Assembly (NCBI GenBank): GCA_951406725.2
Contig: OX597822.1
Span: 98,642,001-98,706,000 of the forward strand
DNA: 64,000 nt
Reading direction: 5' to 3'
Origin: Octopus vulgaris
Taxonomy: Eukaryota
The notes under the pieces are model-generated. The model made no database searches and was not told the origin of the DNA. It worked only from the letters and a program-made list of their open reading frames with translations. This document shows positions 26,721 through 40,739 of the stretch, in pieces; position 1 is the stretch's first letter, and every line of letters begins with the position of its first letter. The position numbers and the translations under genes are program-made.

Positions 26721-27068
26721 TGTTAAGATCGGCTGTTATTCTAATCTATTTTTATTTTTATTTTCAATGCCATTACGAATTACAAACTTTACATAATAGC
26801 TAACGTACATAATATCTAATTTCAGCAATAAATTCTAATTTTAAAAGAAAAACATTTAATGTCTTCGTCGATATTGCCATTAGCGCCCTTAAGTTCTCCA
26901 TTAATAATATTATTATTACAGTACTTAATAGATGGCAATAAAGTTTAAAGCTCTCCCTCTCCCTGTCTCTATGCTATCTGTTCCTGTGTTTCTCTTTCTC
27001 TCTCTCTCTCTCACCTTCTGTCACTCACTCACTCACTCTCTTTCTCTCTCTCCCTCTGTATGTCTGTA

Positions 27069-27125
<57 letters not shown>

Positions 27126-27138
27126 GTATATGTATATG

Positions 27139-27169
<31 letters not shown>

Positions 27170-27650
27170 CTATATATATATATATATACCATATGTTTAT
27201 GTATATGCGTGTGTGTGTAGGTATGTCTGTATACATATATACGTACATGCATACGTACATACATACACACATACATACATACATACAAACAGACATGTAG
27301 GTTGGTAAGTAGGCAGGTATTACTGAGACACTTTATGTTCTGCATATATTCAGACTCATTAAATGTGATATCAATCAGCCTTTATACATTAGTAACATTT
27401 ACATAACTATGCATGACACTGAATAAAAAAGTGATTATGTTAAAAAATTTCGAGTGTGATCTAATGACAGAGATACGGGCTAGTGCTCGTAAACGCTTTC
27501 TGTGCCTCAAGATTTTTGAATGCCGAATCTCTTCTCAATATATTTCTGACTCAGATTAACTGGAAAGAATATTCATATTTTGCTCGGTATAGACTCTTTT
27601 TGTTTTATCTCAGATTCATAACTGCTTTCTTTCTTACAGTACCTTTCTTT

Positions 27651-27840
27651 TTTTTACTTCTTTCAGTCATTTGACTGCGGCCATGCTGGAGCACCGCCTT
27701 TAGTCGAGCAAATCGACGCCGGGACTTATTCTTTGTAAGCCCAGTACTTATTCTATTGGTCTATTTTGCCGAACCGCTAAGTGACGGGGACATAAACACA
27801 CCAGCATCGGTTGTCAAGCAATGCTAGGGGGACAAACACA

Positions 27841-27934
<94 letters not shown>

Positions 27935-28100
27935 TACGACAGGCTTGTTTCAGTTTCCGTCTACCAAATCCACTCACAAGGCATTGGTCGGCCCGGGGCT
28001 ATAGCAGAAGACACTTGCCCAAGATGCCATGCAGTGTGACTGAACCCGGAACCATGTGGTTGGTTAGCAAGCTACTTACCACACAGCCACTCCTGCGCCT
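27651..28100 (-). mobile_element. Family B SINE
   Basis: Near-identical to 4383-4814. Confidence 0.88.
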
Positions 28101-29809
28101 ATCTATATCTATATTGAATATTTCTTGTCTCTCTTCATCGCCTTTGAATAGATTGAGTCGCCTGAGTCCATTCAATCATATGCATGTTAGTTTTCTTATA
28201 GATATAGAATTCCTTTTGGTGTCTAAAAGGATTTGTTCCCTTGTCTAGTTTTAGATTTATATATTGCTCATTGAAATTTGAAAGAACTGACACTCTTGAT
28301 TATAAAGGAATAACCTCAATTTCGAACGCTTTGTCTTATCTCTACGTTTGTTGATCGAAGTGCCATATTTCAGTGTCACAAATTGTTTCCTCTATTAACC
28401 TCAGTTTTGAACGCGCGCGTACGAACACAAACACACACACACACTCAACGCATGCATACACATACACACAGAGAAAGGTACGCACACCCACGCACACCCA
28501 CGCACACACTAAGCATATATCTGATTGTTCTCATTCTACTCGAGATTTCAATTTATTAGAGAAGATATATACAGAATGATGAACACAGGTTAAGTAGTCA
28601 TGTACTTATTCGCTGACTTTTCTTTAATATACTTCCAAGGTTCTGTTCTTAAAGTCCATTATTGAAACAAGGAAGCAGATTCAATGCAACCAATATAACC
28701 TGATGTGCTGTTACAGATTCGCATACTTTTATTATTGGCTCATCAATTCTAAAGGCTTTACAAGATAAATACGATACGATCAGGTATAATCAATTCTGTA
28801 GATTTAAATATCATCATGTAAGGAATCAATTTCTTCTATTTCAATTTCGATTAATGACCCTTTAAATTGAATGATATTTTTAACATGAAGTACTTTCAAA
28901 TGTTCATACCTTAGAGTCTCCGGATAATTCTCAATTTGTCAATGAAAGGTAATATTTGATTTTAAGATTTCCAGATTCTCTGCATTTGGAGCTATGGTAT
29001 ATTTGATTTCATCTATTCAGTTCTTGAATGGAAGGTTGAAAGGCAACGTCCACTTACTGCGTTCCAGCTTATTAACTAAACGGATGTTATTAATGATAGC
29101 AATGCATATAGCTCAATCTCTGTTCTTTCCGTACTTCTAATTTCTGTAAAGGCAAACGGCTACATATTCGCACGGACGCTACTGAAAGATGCTTACACAA
29201 ATGACACTGTATGACATTAATGCTTTTCTGAGAGAGAAATAAACACCAAAACGAACTGGAATAAAACGTCTCATAAACACCCGCACAAAATCTCCAAATA
29301 ATATTGATTTCTAACATTGGCACAACGCCATAAATTATAGGTTAAGGGAGAAATCGATTCAGTTTACTGAAATGCACAATGTCACAATATCTTGTGCGGG
29401 TAAAATCTGATTTCAAATTGATTTTGTGTTTTAATATTTGATTAGCAAAGAACTAGATACATACTACATGGAGATCGGACGGCGAAAGGAATCTTCAGAT
29501 GAACTCCTGACAAGCAAGTGCTTCGGCCCGTTAGTTCCTGACATTCTAAGTGAACTGAGCCCATCTAAGGCATGACGCCTTGGTGTCCTTCCTTGTTTTT
29601 AAAATGCCGCATTTATAATATACCTAAAAACACGTCCATTAAGCCTACCAGCTGTACAAGTATTTCTCTCAAACCTTTTCGGCAAACACGTAGGTACATT
29701 CAGCGTGCTGAACCTGCATAGTGTACAGAATCTGCGATTCAGTTATCCATTCAAAATCGAAAATGTTTGGGCGTAGAACGGAAAATATATTTTCCAGCAA
29801 AGATTTTGC

Positions 29810-32110
29810 TACTGGATTAAAAGCCTATGTTTTAGACTAAATCGAGGTTGCTGGTTCCGAATCTACCCTCGGAATTGTTCTAGCATGTCAGGATTTTGAG
29901 TTATGCGTATGTGCAAGGTTGTAACTATACTTTCGGCTAGATATAGGCCTATTATAAAATTTGCTAAAAAAAAAGCGGTCTTAATTCAAAATTAAAGAAA
30001 TAACAGCAATAAAAGAGACGATGAGAAAGTTCATTCTTTAGTTTAGCAATAGGTGGTGCTGACGTATTTGTGTGCAAGCGCCAAATATGTCATTTTGTTC
30101 TTAGTAACTCTGTGTCGTTTCTGCTGTCATTACGTGTGGTATCTGTATCTTTCGCTCTACATGGCATGTGTATCTTTCGCTCTACATTGTATTTAATCAT
30201 GAATAGGAGAGGCAGTGTGAATCACCGAAGCAACTTTTGTTATGTCTGTGGAAAATCTGCTCCGCAGGACCAGCAGAAAACATTGCCACCAAATTAAAAA
30301 CTGCCTGTAAATATTATTTCGAGTGTAAAGTTGAGGACCAAGACAAGAGGTGGGCACCTCATATATGCTACACCTTGTGCTACTAAGGGCTTACACATAG
30401 CGGAATGGAAAATGGAAGGGAATGCTTTCTGTTGTACCAATGGTATGGTGTGAGCCAACCAATCACGTTTCTGATTGTTACACTTTCGTGACTAATACTA
30501 GTGGTTTTTCAAAGAAAATCAAAGCAAAATTTGTGTATGTATATTGTAATTCGGTTTTAAAACCGGTCCCACATTACTTCGAGAACCCTGTCCCAGTTCC
30601 CCTCTCACATAATTCATTTGAAGACTTTGACACATCACACGATGAGCCCCCCACCCGTGATTCTCCTATCGATGAGGCGTACGTAGTTGATTCAAAGGAA
30701 AATGAGCCACGTTTATTTAATCAAGATTTAAATGATTTATTAAGCGACCTAGCATCATCAAAAAAAGGCAGAAGTTTGGAGATCCAGACTACAGCAACGG
30801 AATTTTTTACAGTAAGGTACGAAATTTCCATTTTCCGTTCTCGCCATGAAAGTTTATTTGTCTTTTTACAAGCAAGAAAATAATGCTTGTTTCCGTACTG
30901 ACGTTAATGCACTCATGCAAAAACTAGGACACGTGCATGTGACTAACGAATGAAGATTATTTATAGACTCGAGTAAGGTTAGCCTCAAAGCTGTGCTGTT
31001 ACAAAATGGTAATGAAAAACCTTCCATTCCTGTGGGTCATGTCGGTATGGAAGAAACTTATGAATCGATGGAACATATTCTGAAATAAGTTAATTACTCA
31101 ATTCACAAGTGGAATATTTGTGGGGATTTAAAGGTGATTTCTCTTCTCTTAGGACTGCAACTGGGATATACCAACAATATGTGTTTCTTGTGTGTTTGGA
31201 ACAGCCGCACCCACAGCAATCATTACACTGTAAGAGACTAACCTAAAAGAGATGAGCGCATAGTTGGTCGGTACAATGTGCAGCATACGCCACTGGTAGA
31301 CCCGAAAAAAGATCTTCCTTCCACCTCTTCACATCAAACTCGGCCTCATGAAACACTTCGTAAAAGCAATGACACACGATGGTTGTGGCTTCCAGTATCT
31401 AAAATTTGGTGCAAAGAAAAGTGACGTAAAATTGAAGGACGCATTTTCATTGGATCCGAGATCAGAGAATTGATGTCTGATAGCAAAATCAGGGGTACAC
31501 TGAATCCACTTGATCTGACGGCATGCATAGGATTTGTTCGTGCTAGTTGTGCAGAACTTTCTTAGAAATAATATCGCTGAAAACTATGCTGATTTAATAA
31601 ACAACATGCTAACAGCGTATGAAAGAACGTGATGCTGAATGCATTTCTTGTATTCTCATCTCGAATTTTTTCCAATGAATCTTGGTGCCGTTAGTGACGA
31701 GCTTGGTGGAAGGTTCCACCAGGACATATCTGAAATGGAAACGAGGTATCAAGGCCGGTTCAATCCACACTTGATGGGTGACTGCTGCTGGTTCCTACAA
31801 CAGGAGACTAACACGACGCATAAGCGCAAGAGCAAGTGTCTCAAACATTTCTGAACTGAGCATATCAAAAATAAAGTGAGTATTCCCTTAACATGAATAT
31901 ACTATGTACCATTATATTAAAATACTATCTGCCTTGAACATAAATATACTAATTATAGTATTGATATACTATTATAATAATTATCTACCTTGAACTTAAC
32001 TATTCCTGATACTAATATAGTATTAATATATAATTCTGTACATGACGTGCTTCAGCTGTTCTGACTTCAGATTCAGAATTAGCGTGCTCGATTTAGTTTA
32101 GTACAGCACC
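29810..32110 (+). mobile_element. Decayed DNA transposon, Chapaev3-like (CMC)
   Basis: Transposase remnants 30199-31854: FCYVCGK, DQDKRWAPHIC, VPMVWCEPTNHVSDCY, LFIDSSKVSLKAVLLQNGN, WNICGDLKV, PPLHIKLGLMKHF, HFLYSHLEFFPMNLGAVSDELGGRFHQDI..MGDCCW. Imperfect subterminal inverted repeats at 29832-29891 and 32042-32102. Family name from recall. Confidence 0.8.
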
Positions 32111-33167
32111 ACATGAACCCTAAATAACAATGATTGAACTTTAAAAGAAATATTTAAATAACTGTCGATGGTAGATCAGTCTGATTATGTGAAATGAGCA
32201 AACATCTAGTTGTGGAGGACGACCTTATTTCAGATTAAGATAAAATATAACGTGGTAAGTGCAGAACATTATTTCTTTCAGAAGCAATTTACTATGAGTG
32301 AATACCTGCTGTTCGTTAATGTATTTCAGTGAAATGTAAGAGTACATATGTCATATAAATTTAGTGAACAAATCATTGGCTTTTTCCTAAACATGAAGCC
32401 TGAAGCGTTAAAGAAGGAGAAAAGAAGAAAAGAGAAAAGAAAAAACATGCGGACTCTAACCGAAAGTTATAAACTGAAATTTATAATCTTCGAATAACCA
32501 AATTGCAAATACCAGAAGGTACGAAATTTCAATTGAAAGGTTAGCGGTAATTATAACTATGCTCTGTATTACATTTCGTTAACAATAACAATGATTTTTA
32601 GACATGAATTCACATGAATTTCTAAATTTGAAAAGGAAACTCAGCTATGAAGTCAGCAATTTTTAAGACAAATGAAAATATTACTTGAAACGATTCTCTC
32701 ACTGACATTAAAAAAAAAAATGAAATGAATATAACCGGAAATTATGAATTGTAATTTATACATTTCGAAACATCAAACGGTAGGATCTGAGAAAGAAAAG
32801 AATGATATCTAAGTGAATACAGTAAATTATTATGAGACAAAAGCATCAATAAAATTCTGAAAATTTAAAAGGAAAAAATTACTTACACAACATAAACAGC
32901 AAAACTTTCGCAGCAGAATCATGATACTTAAATGCAAACGGTATGAAGTAATTCATAGAAATAAAATTGAAAGAAAATATAAATGCCGAACATAGTTGTA
33001 ACAAAGACTTTCTTCTAACAGAAAAAAAGTTTTTGCATCATTAAATGGAAAGTTCTAGGTATTTAATGATGAAGACTAAAAAAACAATTACAATACATAA
33101 GTTAAGAAAATAAGTACATAAATTTATTTTGGATATCTAAGACAAAGACAAAAGAAAGTGTACGTAT

Positions 33168-33300
33168 TACACACACGCACACACACACACACACACACAT
33201 ACACACACACGCACGCACACACACACGCACACACACGCACACACACACACGCACACACACACGCACACACACACATACGCACACACGCACACATATATAT
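33168..33300. repeat. (CA)/(CACG)n microsatellite
   Basis: Direct reading. Confidence 0.95.
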
Positions 33301-33479
33301 ATTGGATCCTCTCATAAATAATATGATTTTTTCAATCGCATGAACTAAAAGTCGGAGGAGAACGGGATAAACTACCTGCATCAACTTTATATAAAAGCAG
33401 GTAGAAATTTTACTTTGTACATATTCTTAGGGCAAATTCTGAAGAGTGCAGTTCGAGTTTAACAGTTACTTTTTTCAAA

Positions 33480-34850
33480 GTCATAATGGAAGAGACCAGT
33501 CACCAGTCACTATTCTGTCGAAAAAGAGTTCATTCGGGAAACATAACAACAAAGAACAGCACACATTCACTCTCCAGAGTATATATCAGCATATTTTGCT
33601 TTATGTGTTCAATAAAGGCAATAAATGCAACGGAATTTATTGCGGCGAGCTGGCAGAAACGTTAGCGCGCCGGACGAAATGCTTAGCGGTATTTCGTCTG
33701 CCGCTACGTTCTGAGTTCAAATTCCGCCGAGGTCGACTTTGCCTTTCATCCTTTCGGGGTCGATAAATTAAGTACCAGTTACGCACTGGGGTCGATGTGA
33801 TCGACTTAATACCTATGTCTGTCCTTGTTTGTCCCCTCTATGTTTAGCCCCTTGTGGGTAATAAAGAAATAGGAATTTATTGCCTTTAAGTGCGAGGAAT
33901 AGTAATGCAGCATATGAGGATCGGACAATAAGCGTAAGCCAGTGTCAACAGTGGTTCCAGAAATTCCGAGCCGGAAACTACAGCCTAGGAGACCGGCCTC
34001 GTCCTGGAAGATCTGTAGAGATCGTCGGGGATATCCTGCAAACTCTGGGGGGAAAATCCCATCGTAACTGTCGAGGAACTAGCTGAGAAGCTTGGATTTG
34101 GTCATTCAACCATTCATCGACACCTGGGAGGCCATCGGAAAAGTCAGCAAATTGGGTCAGTGAGTTCTTCACAAACTTTCCGAATCTAATCGCGCGCAGA
34201 GAATGAATGTGTGGTGTTCTGTGCTGTCCCGTCTCACGAATGAACCCTTTTTCGACCGAATAGTGACTGGTGACGAGAAACGGGTTTTCTATAAAAAATG
34301 TGAAGCACCGAAGATAGTGAGTAGGAAAGGAGAGGCACCGGCACCCCAAGCCAAAGAATGTCTTCACCGACGTAAGCTGTTGTTATCTGGTTGTTAGGAT
34401 ATGAAAGGTTTAGTCCATTTTGAACTTTTACCCCCCCCCCCAAAAAAAAAGAACGATAACTAAGGAGATCTACTGCGAACAGCTGGAGAAGCTTAAGTCA
34501 GGGCTTGAAGAAAAACGGCCATCTTTTGTTTCACGACGAAAAGTATTGTTCTATCAGGATAATGCTCGGCCACATACAGCGAGGACGACATTCCAAAGGC
34601 TGGAGCAGTTTGAATGGTAAACTATGCCCCACCCACCATTTTCGCCGGACATCGCCCCATCTGATTATCATTTATTCTGCAGTGTTCAAAATCATTTGGA
34701 CAGAAAAAATATGAATTCTGTAGACGAGGTCAGAACAGTTGTGGAGGAGTATTTTTTGTCACGGACAAGTGAAGCTTGGGAGGGGCCTTGCAAGTCTACC
34801 AGATAGAGGGAAGAACATTGTACAAAATGAAGGAGAGTATATTTTAGATT
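33480..34850 (+). mobile_element. Decayed mariner (DD34D) transposon interrupted by a SINE
   Basis: QHILLYVFNKG..., QQWFQKFRAGNYSL.DRPRPGR, FFDRIVTGDEK, VLFYQDNARPH, PHPPFSPDIAPSDYHLF. Termini not resolved. Confidence 0.88.
33644..33871 (+). mobile_element. Family A SINE with 12-bp TSD
   Basis: GGAATTTATTGC at 33632-33643 and 33872-33883. Confidence 0.9.
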
Positions 34851-35272
34851 AATATTTATATATATATATATATATAAAACCACATCTAGTCACAAAGATT
34901 TGGAGCTATGTGATGGGGTGCAACCTTCTTCCCACACATATATGCATGCATACAAACAAACATGCATAAACACACGCATACATACATATATTCATACAAA
35001 CATGTGTATGTGTTTGTTTTGATGTCTGATGTTTGGTGTTACATAAACGTATACGAGTGGTTTGGGATTTGAGATAGAACTTGATATATGGAAAAATCCC
35101 GTTCATCAATTGTCGACTGGAGAATACTACATCGACACAAGAACGTTCCTTCAGCGGTACCGAGTACTATTACTATAACCAACAACCTATCATTGTTTTG
35201 TTTCTTTTTCTTATCGTTTCACACACAACACTAGACTAGATAAAGCCGTAACAAAGCAAAAAAAAAAAAAAT

Positions 35273-35633
35273 TATGATTAACATAGCGCAAATAGATATA
35301 TACGCAGTCACACACATGCCAACAATTATTTTATGGTTCTGCTTTATAGAACCTACCTACCTACCTACTTACCTACCTACCTATCTACCTACCTACCTAC
35401 CTACCTACCAACCTACCTACCTACCTACTTACCTACCTACCTATCTACCTACCTACCTACCTACCTACCAACCTACCTACCTACCTACATACCTACCTTC
35501 CTATATACATACATGCGTACATACAACCGTATATACATACCTATATGCATACATACATTAAACATAGACAGATATGTGTGTGTGTGTGTGTGTGTATGTA
35601 TATACAAGGTGCATAAGGTATTTGAGGACATAA
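35273..35633 (+). repeat. Direct duplication, copy 1 (includes (CCTA)n)
   Basis: Matches 38398-38918 apart from microsatellite length and a SINE inserted in copy 2. Confidence 0.88.
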
Positions 35634-35669
35634 AAAAAAAATTATTTTACTTCTCCTTTGACAACTACT

Positions 35670-35900
35670 TATTTCTTTATTACCCACAAGGGGCTAAACA
35701 TAGAGGGGAAAAATAAGGACAGACAAAGGGATTAAGTCGATCACATCGACTCCAGTGCGTAACTGGTACTTAATTTATCGACCCCGAAAGAATGTAAGGC
35801 AAAGTCGACCTCGGCGGAATTTGATCTCAGAACGTAACGCCAGAGGAAATACGGCTACGCATTTCGCCCGGCGTGCTAACGTTTCTGCTAGCTCGCCTCC
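35670..35900 (-). mobile_element. Family A SINE
   Basis: Reverse complement of the family A consensus. Confidence 0.85.
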
Positions 35901-35919
35901 TTTGTCTACTTCTGCCATA

Positions 35920-37520
35920 TCTATGATGATGCAGACGCATCTTTCGTCTATAGCATACGAATCACAGCTCTTTTCCCACTCTTACGTCTAATGCCAAAAT
36001 GTTTGTAGATTGTACATTTTGCTGCAAATCCACTGCGTTTCACTTCTACTTGTAGTATCTTACATTGTTTTCTCGCATTTAAGATGGCTCCTTAAACTTT
36101 CTTATGCTTCAAGCTCGTCCTTTTGTATTCTACGAAGACCTTTGACTCAACAATCAGATTAAGCCACAATGTCAACGAGTGGCATTATTATTGCAATATG
36201 AAGTTGAAACACCGACACTCCCTTCCAATACACGAGCACATTCCAACCCTTTACCCTATATGGGAGTGTGGCTTTGATCTTATTTAGTTTATGATCATAT
36301 ATCGTTCTTTATCGCCCATATTATAGAAAAGGTAGGGTGCAATTTGATGATTCTCGGCGCATCAGTAATGCCTCACTGCTATTTTAGTTCAAAACCAGGT
36401 GTTGAAAACATAGCTATTCCGCCTGGTATAGCTGATAATATATATGTAACAATGATACATTAATATCCACGTCAATGACAGTCAGCTGTATCATTACAGC
36501 TGCACTTTCTGGCAGGACGTCGTATTCTATACTAGTTGGTTGCATTTCCCAACAGAATTCCACTGTGCTGAACTGTCTCCTATATATACCATGCGCTTCC
36601 AATTCAATGCATTCAATTTAGCGAATTTCTTTTTGTCATAATATATCGGACGTATGCCTCAGTTCTGGCGTAAATGCTTCTGTGTCTGTTTCAGTCCAGC
36701 TAGTGTATTCTACACAAAATGTTACATCTACTTCATTCCAAGGTTGGTCAATGTTATGGCTCAATAACGCAATAGAGGCCGCCATTCAAACTTCTTTCAG
36801 AAGTAATGTTAATGATAGTTGAAATTTTAATGTGGCACTATTTGGAAGGATTTATTTAAATTATCAAGGAAGACACGGCCACTCCTGTAAGAACTTGATT
36901 TTATATCATTCCATTCCTTCCTCTTATATTAACGGCATTTCATTTATCTGGAACAGCTATATGAATGCCAGGAAAGGACATGTTGATAACACTGTACCTT
37001 GGACAGAAATTCCCTAAGTACAGTTGGCAATGGCAGTTACATGCGATCTCAACTTGTTTTCAATAACAATACCCTGCTCGGTGAATTTAAAGGTACTATG
37101 GCAAATACCCTTAACTGTCTGATCCTGTTCCTGATCACTGTTGTACCTCCAAAACGGAACTCCTAATCTAATTCTACTTGGTGGCCAAACTGTAAACATT
37201 TTGGTGATGATAAACAATCAGAATTTCTACATTATGTTCTTTAACCTGGCTAAAGAAAGTTGTGCCTCTCTTCTATCGCTTATGGCTGTAATGTTAACCA
37301 TAAAAGCAGTCAATGATGTCAATAGCTGCTGTTTTCTGATCTTCAAACCTTCTGAATGGCTTCCTGCACTGTTCATTACCAACGAGATAGCCAACATAGT
37401 GTGGAGCAATAAAACAATGCATACATATTTCTACTTCCTGCTAGTTAGTTGTAAAATCTTTGGTAGAAAACTGCATGAATTTCGATGCAAGATACTAGAT
37501 TAGAAGATCCGATGTTTTGC
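35920..37520 (-). mobile_element. Possible highly decayed APE-type LINE remnant
   Basis: Higher-complexity sequence with faint endonuclease/RT-like peptides on the minus strand (CFIAPHYVGY..IDIIDCFY; FTEQGIVIEN). No intact motif. Confidence 0.25.
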
Positions 37521-37890
37521 ATATAAGGATGTAAGTAATAGATTCATATCAATTTGCTCGATCAAGAAGACACTTTGATGATAATTTCTTCTTTTTGTTA
37601 GCAAGTTAAACAGAAATCAAAACCGTCTGATTTTGCTCAAATCAATCCCATCAATCCAGAAAATCGGTTTTCTGAGCAGATGAATTCATGAGCTTATTCA
37701 TTTCAAGGTTACATTCATCTTGCCAACATTCTATGAAAGACATTTACCTCAATAATGGCCACACATAAACTTAGACTTAGATAAACTTAGATATGTTTCG
37801 ATCAAAGATTGGTCCAGGCCATGTCTAACTTAATAGCACCACCTGATAGGATTATTCGAATCCTGTTTAAGTCAAGTTTTGTTTGAGTCA

Positions 37891-37976
37891 AGTTTTGTTC
37901 AAGTAGTGAGTTCTTGTTGGGTGAGTTGTATCCAGTTTTGTTCAAGTAGTGAGTTCTTGTTGGGTGAGTTGTATCC
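37891..37976. repeat. Perfect 43-bp tandem duplication
   Basis: agttttgttcaagtagtgagttcttgttgggtgagttgtatcc x2. Confidence 0.92.
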
Positions 37977-38397
37977 AATTATGGGTGGCTTATCTGGTAT
38001 TCTTTGAAGGAATCTATCCAGACTCTGTTTAAAGTTGATGGGATCCTTTTCCTCTTTGATCTCACTCGGGACAATGTTAAATAGGGCAGAGCCTGTTGAT
38101 GAAAAGAAATTATGTTGCAGTGTACATGTATGTTGTGATCTTGAATTGGACAGGGGACGTATAGCCCGTCGTCCAAGTCTTGGATGAACCTTGAAGCTAA
38201 TGTTTAGGTCGTTTGGGCAAACGAGAGTATACCAGAACTGGTATACTCTCTTTCGAACAAGCCTGTAGAACTTATTTCGAGCAACTCTTTTATATATAGC
38301 CTGTCAAACCTTGAGATGATTTATTTGTAAGAACTGAAGGTAGTTTTGAGGATAAGCATTTAAAAATTAATGTACTTTTTAAAATCAATGATTGGAA

Positions 38398-38918
38398 TAT
38401 GATTAACATAGCGCAAATAGATATATACGCAGTCACACACATGTCAACAATTATTTTATGGTTCTGCTTTATAGAACCTACCTACCTACCTACCTACCTA
38501 CCTACCTACCTACCTACCTACCTACCTACCAACCTACCTATCTATTTCTTTATTACCCACAAGGGGCTAAACATAGAGGGGACTAAGGGACAGACAAGGA
38601 CAGACATAGGTATTAACTCGATTACATTGACCCCAGTGTGTAACTGGTACTTTATTTATCGACCCCGAAAAGATGAAAGGTAAAGTCGACCTCGGCGGAA
38701 TTTGAACTTAGAACGTAACGACAGACGAAATACCACTAAGCATTTTGCCCGGCGTGCTAATGTTTCTGCCAGCTCGCCTACCTACCTACCTTCCTATATA
38801 CATACATGCGTACATATACCGTATATACATACCTATATGCATACATACATTAAACATAGACAGATGCGTGTGTTTGTATGTATGTATATACAAGGTGCAT
38901 AAGGTATTTGAGGACATA
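38398..38918 (+). repeat. Direct duplication, copy 2
   Basis: See 35273-35633. Confidence 0.88.
38542..38778 (-). mobile_element. Family A SINE inserted in (CCTA)n
   Basis: Absent from the duplicate copy at 35273-35633. Confidence 0.85.
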
Positions 38919-39667
38919 ACTTTTTGGGTCACTGCTGCATTTTTTGCTAACTCTGTATAATCTTTGTTTCAGAAAATAATAATGGCAGACCCCTAGCTTA
39001 CTTCAGAAATGAAGAGACATGCTGTTATTGTGGTTATAAAGGATAAGCATAGCGATTTAGGCATATTTCGATTGCTAGATCTTTCGCCTACAAAATTTGA
39101 AAGGAGCTAGAAACTGATGCTAGAAACATATCACCAACATCAAAGTACAAAACGCATTCAGAAAACCAGAATTTATCCTGCAAGTTCAATAGACCATTGA
39201 TTACAATCCCAGAAAGTCCTTGAGATCAATTGCAAAAGCTCTCCATGTGTCAGAAGGAACAGTTAGAAATTCTATCCACAATGACATCTTATATGATGAT
39301 GAAGGGTCAAGTTCTCAGAAAAAGCACTGGAAAATCACTACATCGAATTTAAAAGGCTCTTAAACAAACTAAAAAATCCAGCAAAAGAAGATTTAATTTT
39401 GGCTTTTCTCAAACGAGATCAAAAAGCTCAAAAAGGTAACAGAATAAATGACTGATGGTTATGTGCAGACACTTCTGAAGTTCCAATTGTTATGTATACA
39501 AAATTTCCTGCAACTGGCATTGTTTTACAGGTTGTCAGCAATGAAGGGCATGTGATGCCTCCTTACGTCTTTTCACAAGGCCTTAGAGTTAACTCTGCCG
39601 CCTACAATAAGGTCCTGGAAATAATTGTTAAGCCCTGGATGGACAGTGTATGCAATGGAAGGCCAAG
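38891..39667 (+). mobile_element. maT/DD37D-like Tc1/mariner fragment, 3'-truncated
   Basis: TA|CAAGGTGCATAAG terminus; MKRHAVIV..., NPRKSLRSIAKALHVSEGTVR, TKFPATGIVLQVVSNEGHVMPPYVFSQGLRVNSAAYNKVLEIIVKPW. Confidence 0.78.
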
Positions 39668-39682
39668 TATATATATACATAC

Positions 39683-39734
<52 letters not shown>

Positions 39735-39936
39735 GTACGTTTAAACACATAAGAGATGGCCATAATCGGACATGGTTCCGAGATAGCTCGAAACCATAGT
39801 CCAGGAAGTAGATGGTAAATGTTTCTATTTTTCTTTCCCTTTTCAAATTACTCCTAATTGTGGTTTTGGATTTTAACTACTCTTTCTAACGGTTTGGATG
39901 GCTGATTATGGCCATCTCTTATGTGTTTAAATGTAC
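39735..39936. repeat. Short fold-back element with ~30-bp inverted arms in (TA)n
   Basis: gtacgtttaaacacataagagatggccataatc ... gattatggccatctcttatgtgtttaaatgtac. Confidence 0.75.
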
Positions 39937-40036
39937 ACTGTATATATATAATGAATAATATATAGTCTATTGACTAGTTTTTCTACATGCTAGGTGGTAA
40001 AAAAGATTTCTGAATAATATTTTACTACCCTGAAAT

Positions 40037-40228
<192 letters not shown>

Positions 40229-40739
40229 TATATATGAATACACACATATAGATATACATACATAAAAGTACATGAACTTGCTTTCTCAATATTATAAAAG
40301 TACAAACTCAAAGTTATTTGTTAACATGCACTCATTGGGAATTATGGCAAATACTAACAGGCTTTTATCGGGATTAGTGCTATACTCTTAAAATTCTAGC
40401 TACGAAAAAGAAAAGAAGTGACGAATAAGAATAAGAAAATAACTGAAAAGTTGTTTGTTTTTCTTTATAAAAGCTGCTGGCTGCGATAATAGAATTAAAT
40501 CTGTTTCAGAAAAATGGAAATTTCCGAGATATTCTTTGAGCTAAAGCTTTCAGATCTAGTGCAAATAGTGTTTGTCAAATCCTTGAAAATGTAAATTGCT
40601 AGTGAAAAGTTTTAGTTTTTAAGTTTTATGTCAGGACATTCATAATGAAAAAAATAAAGTATCTATGAAAATGAACAGAAACAGTTAAATAACTCCTAAC
40701 ACGTTTTCTGTCTTAATTCCTTAATTCTTCGATATAGCG

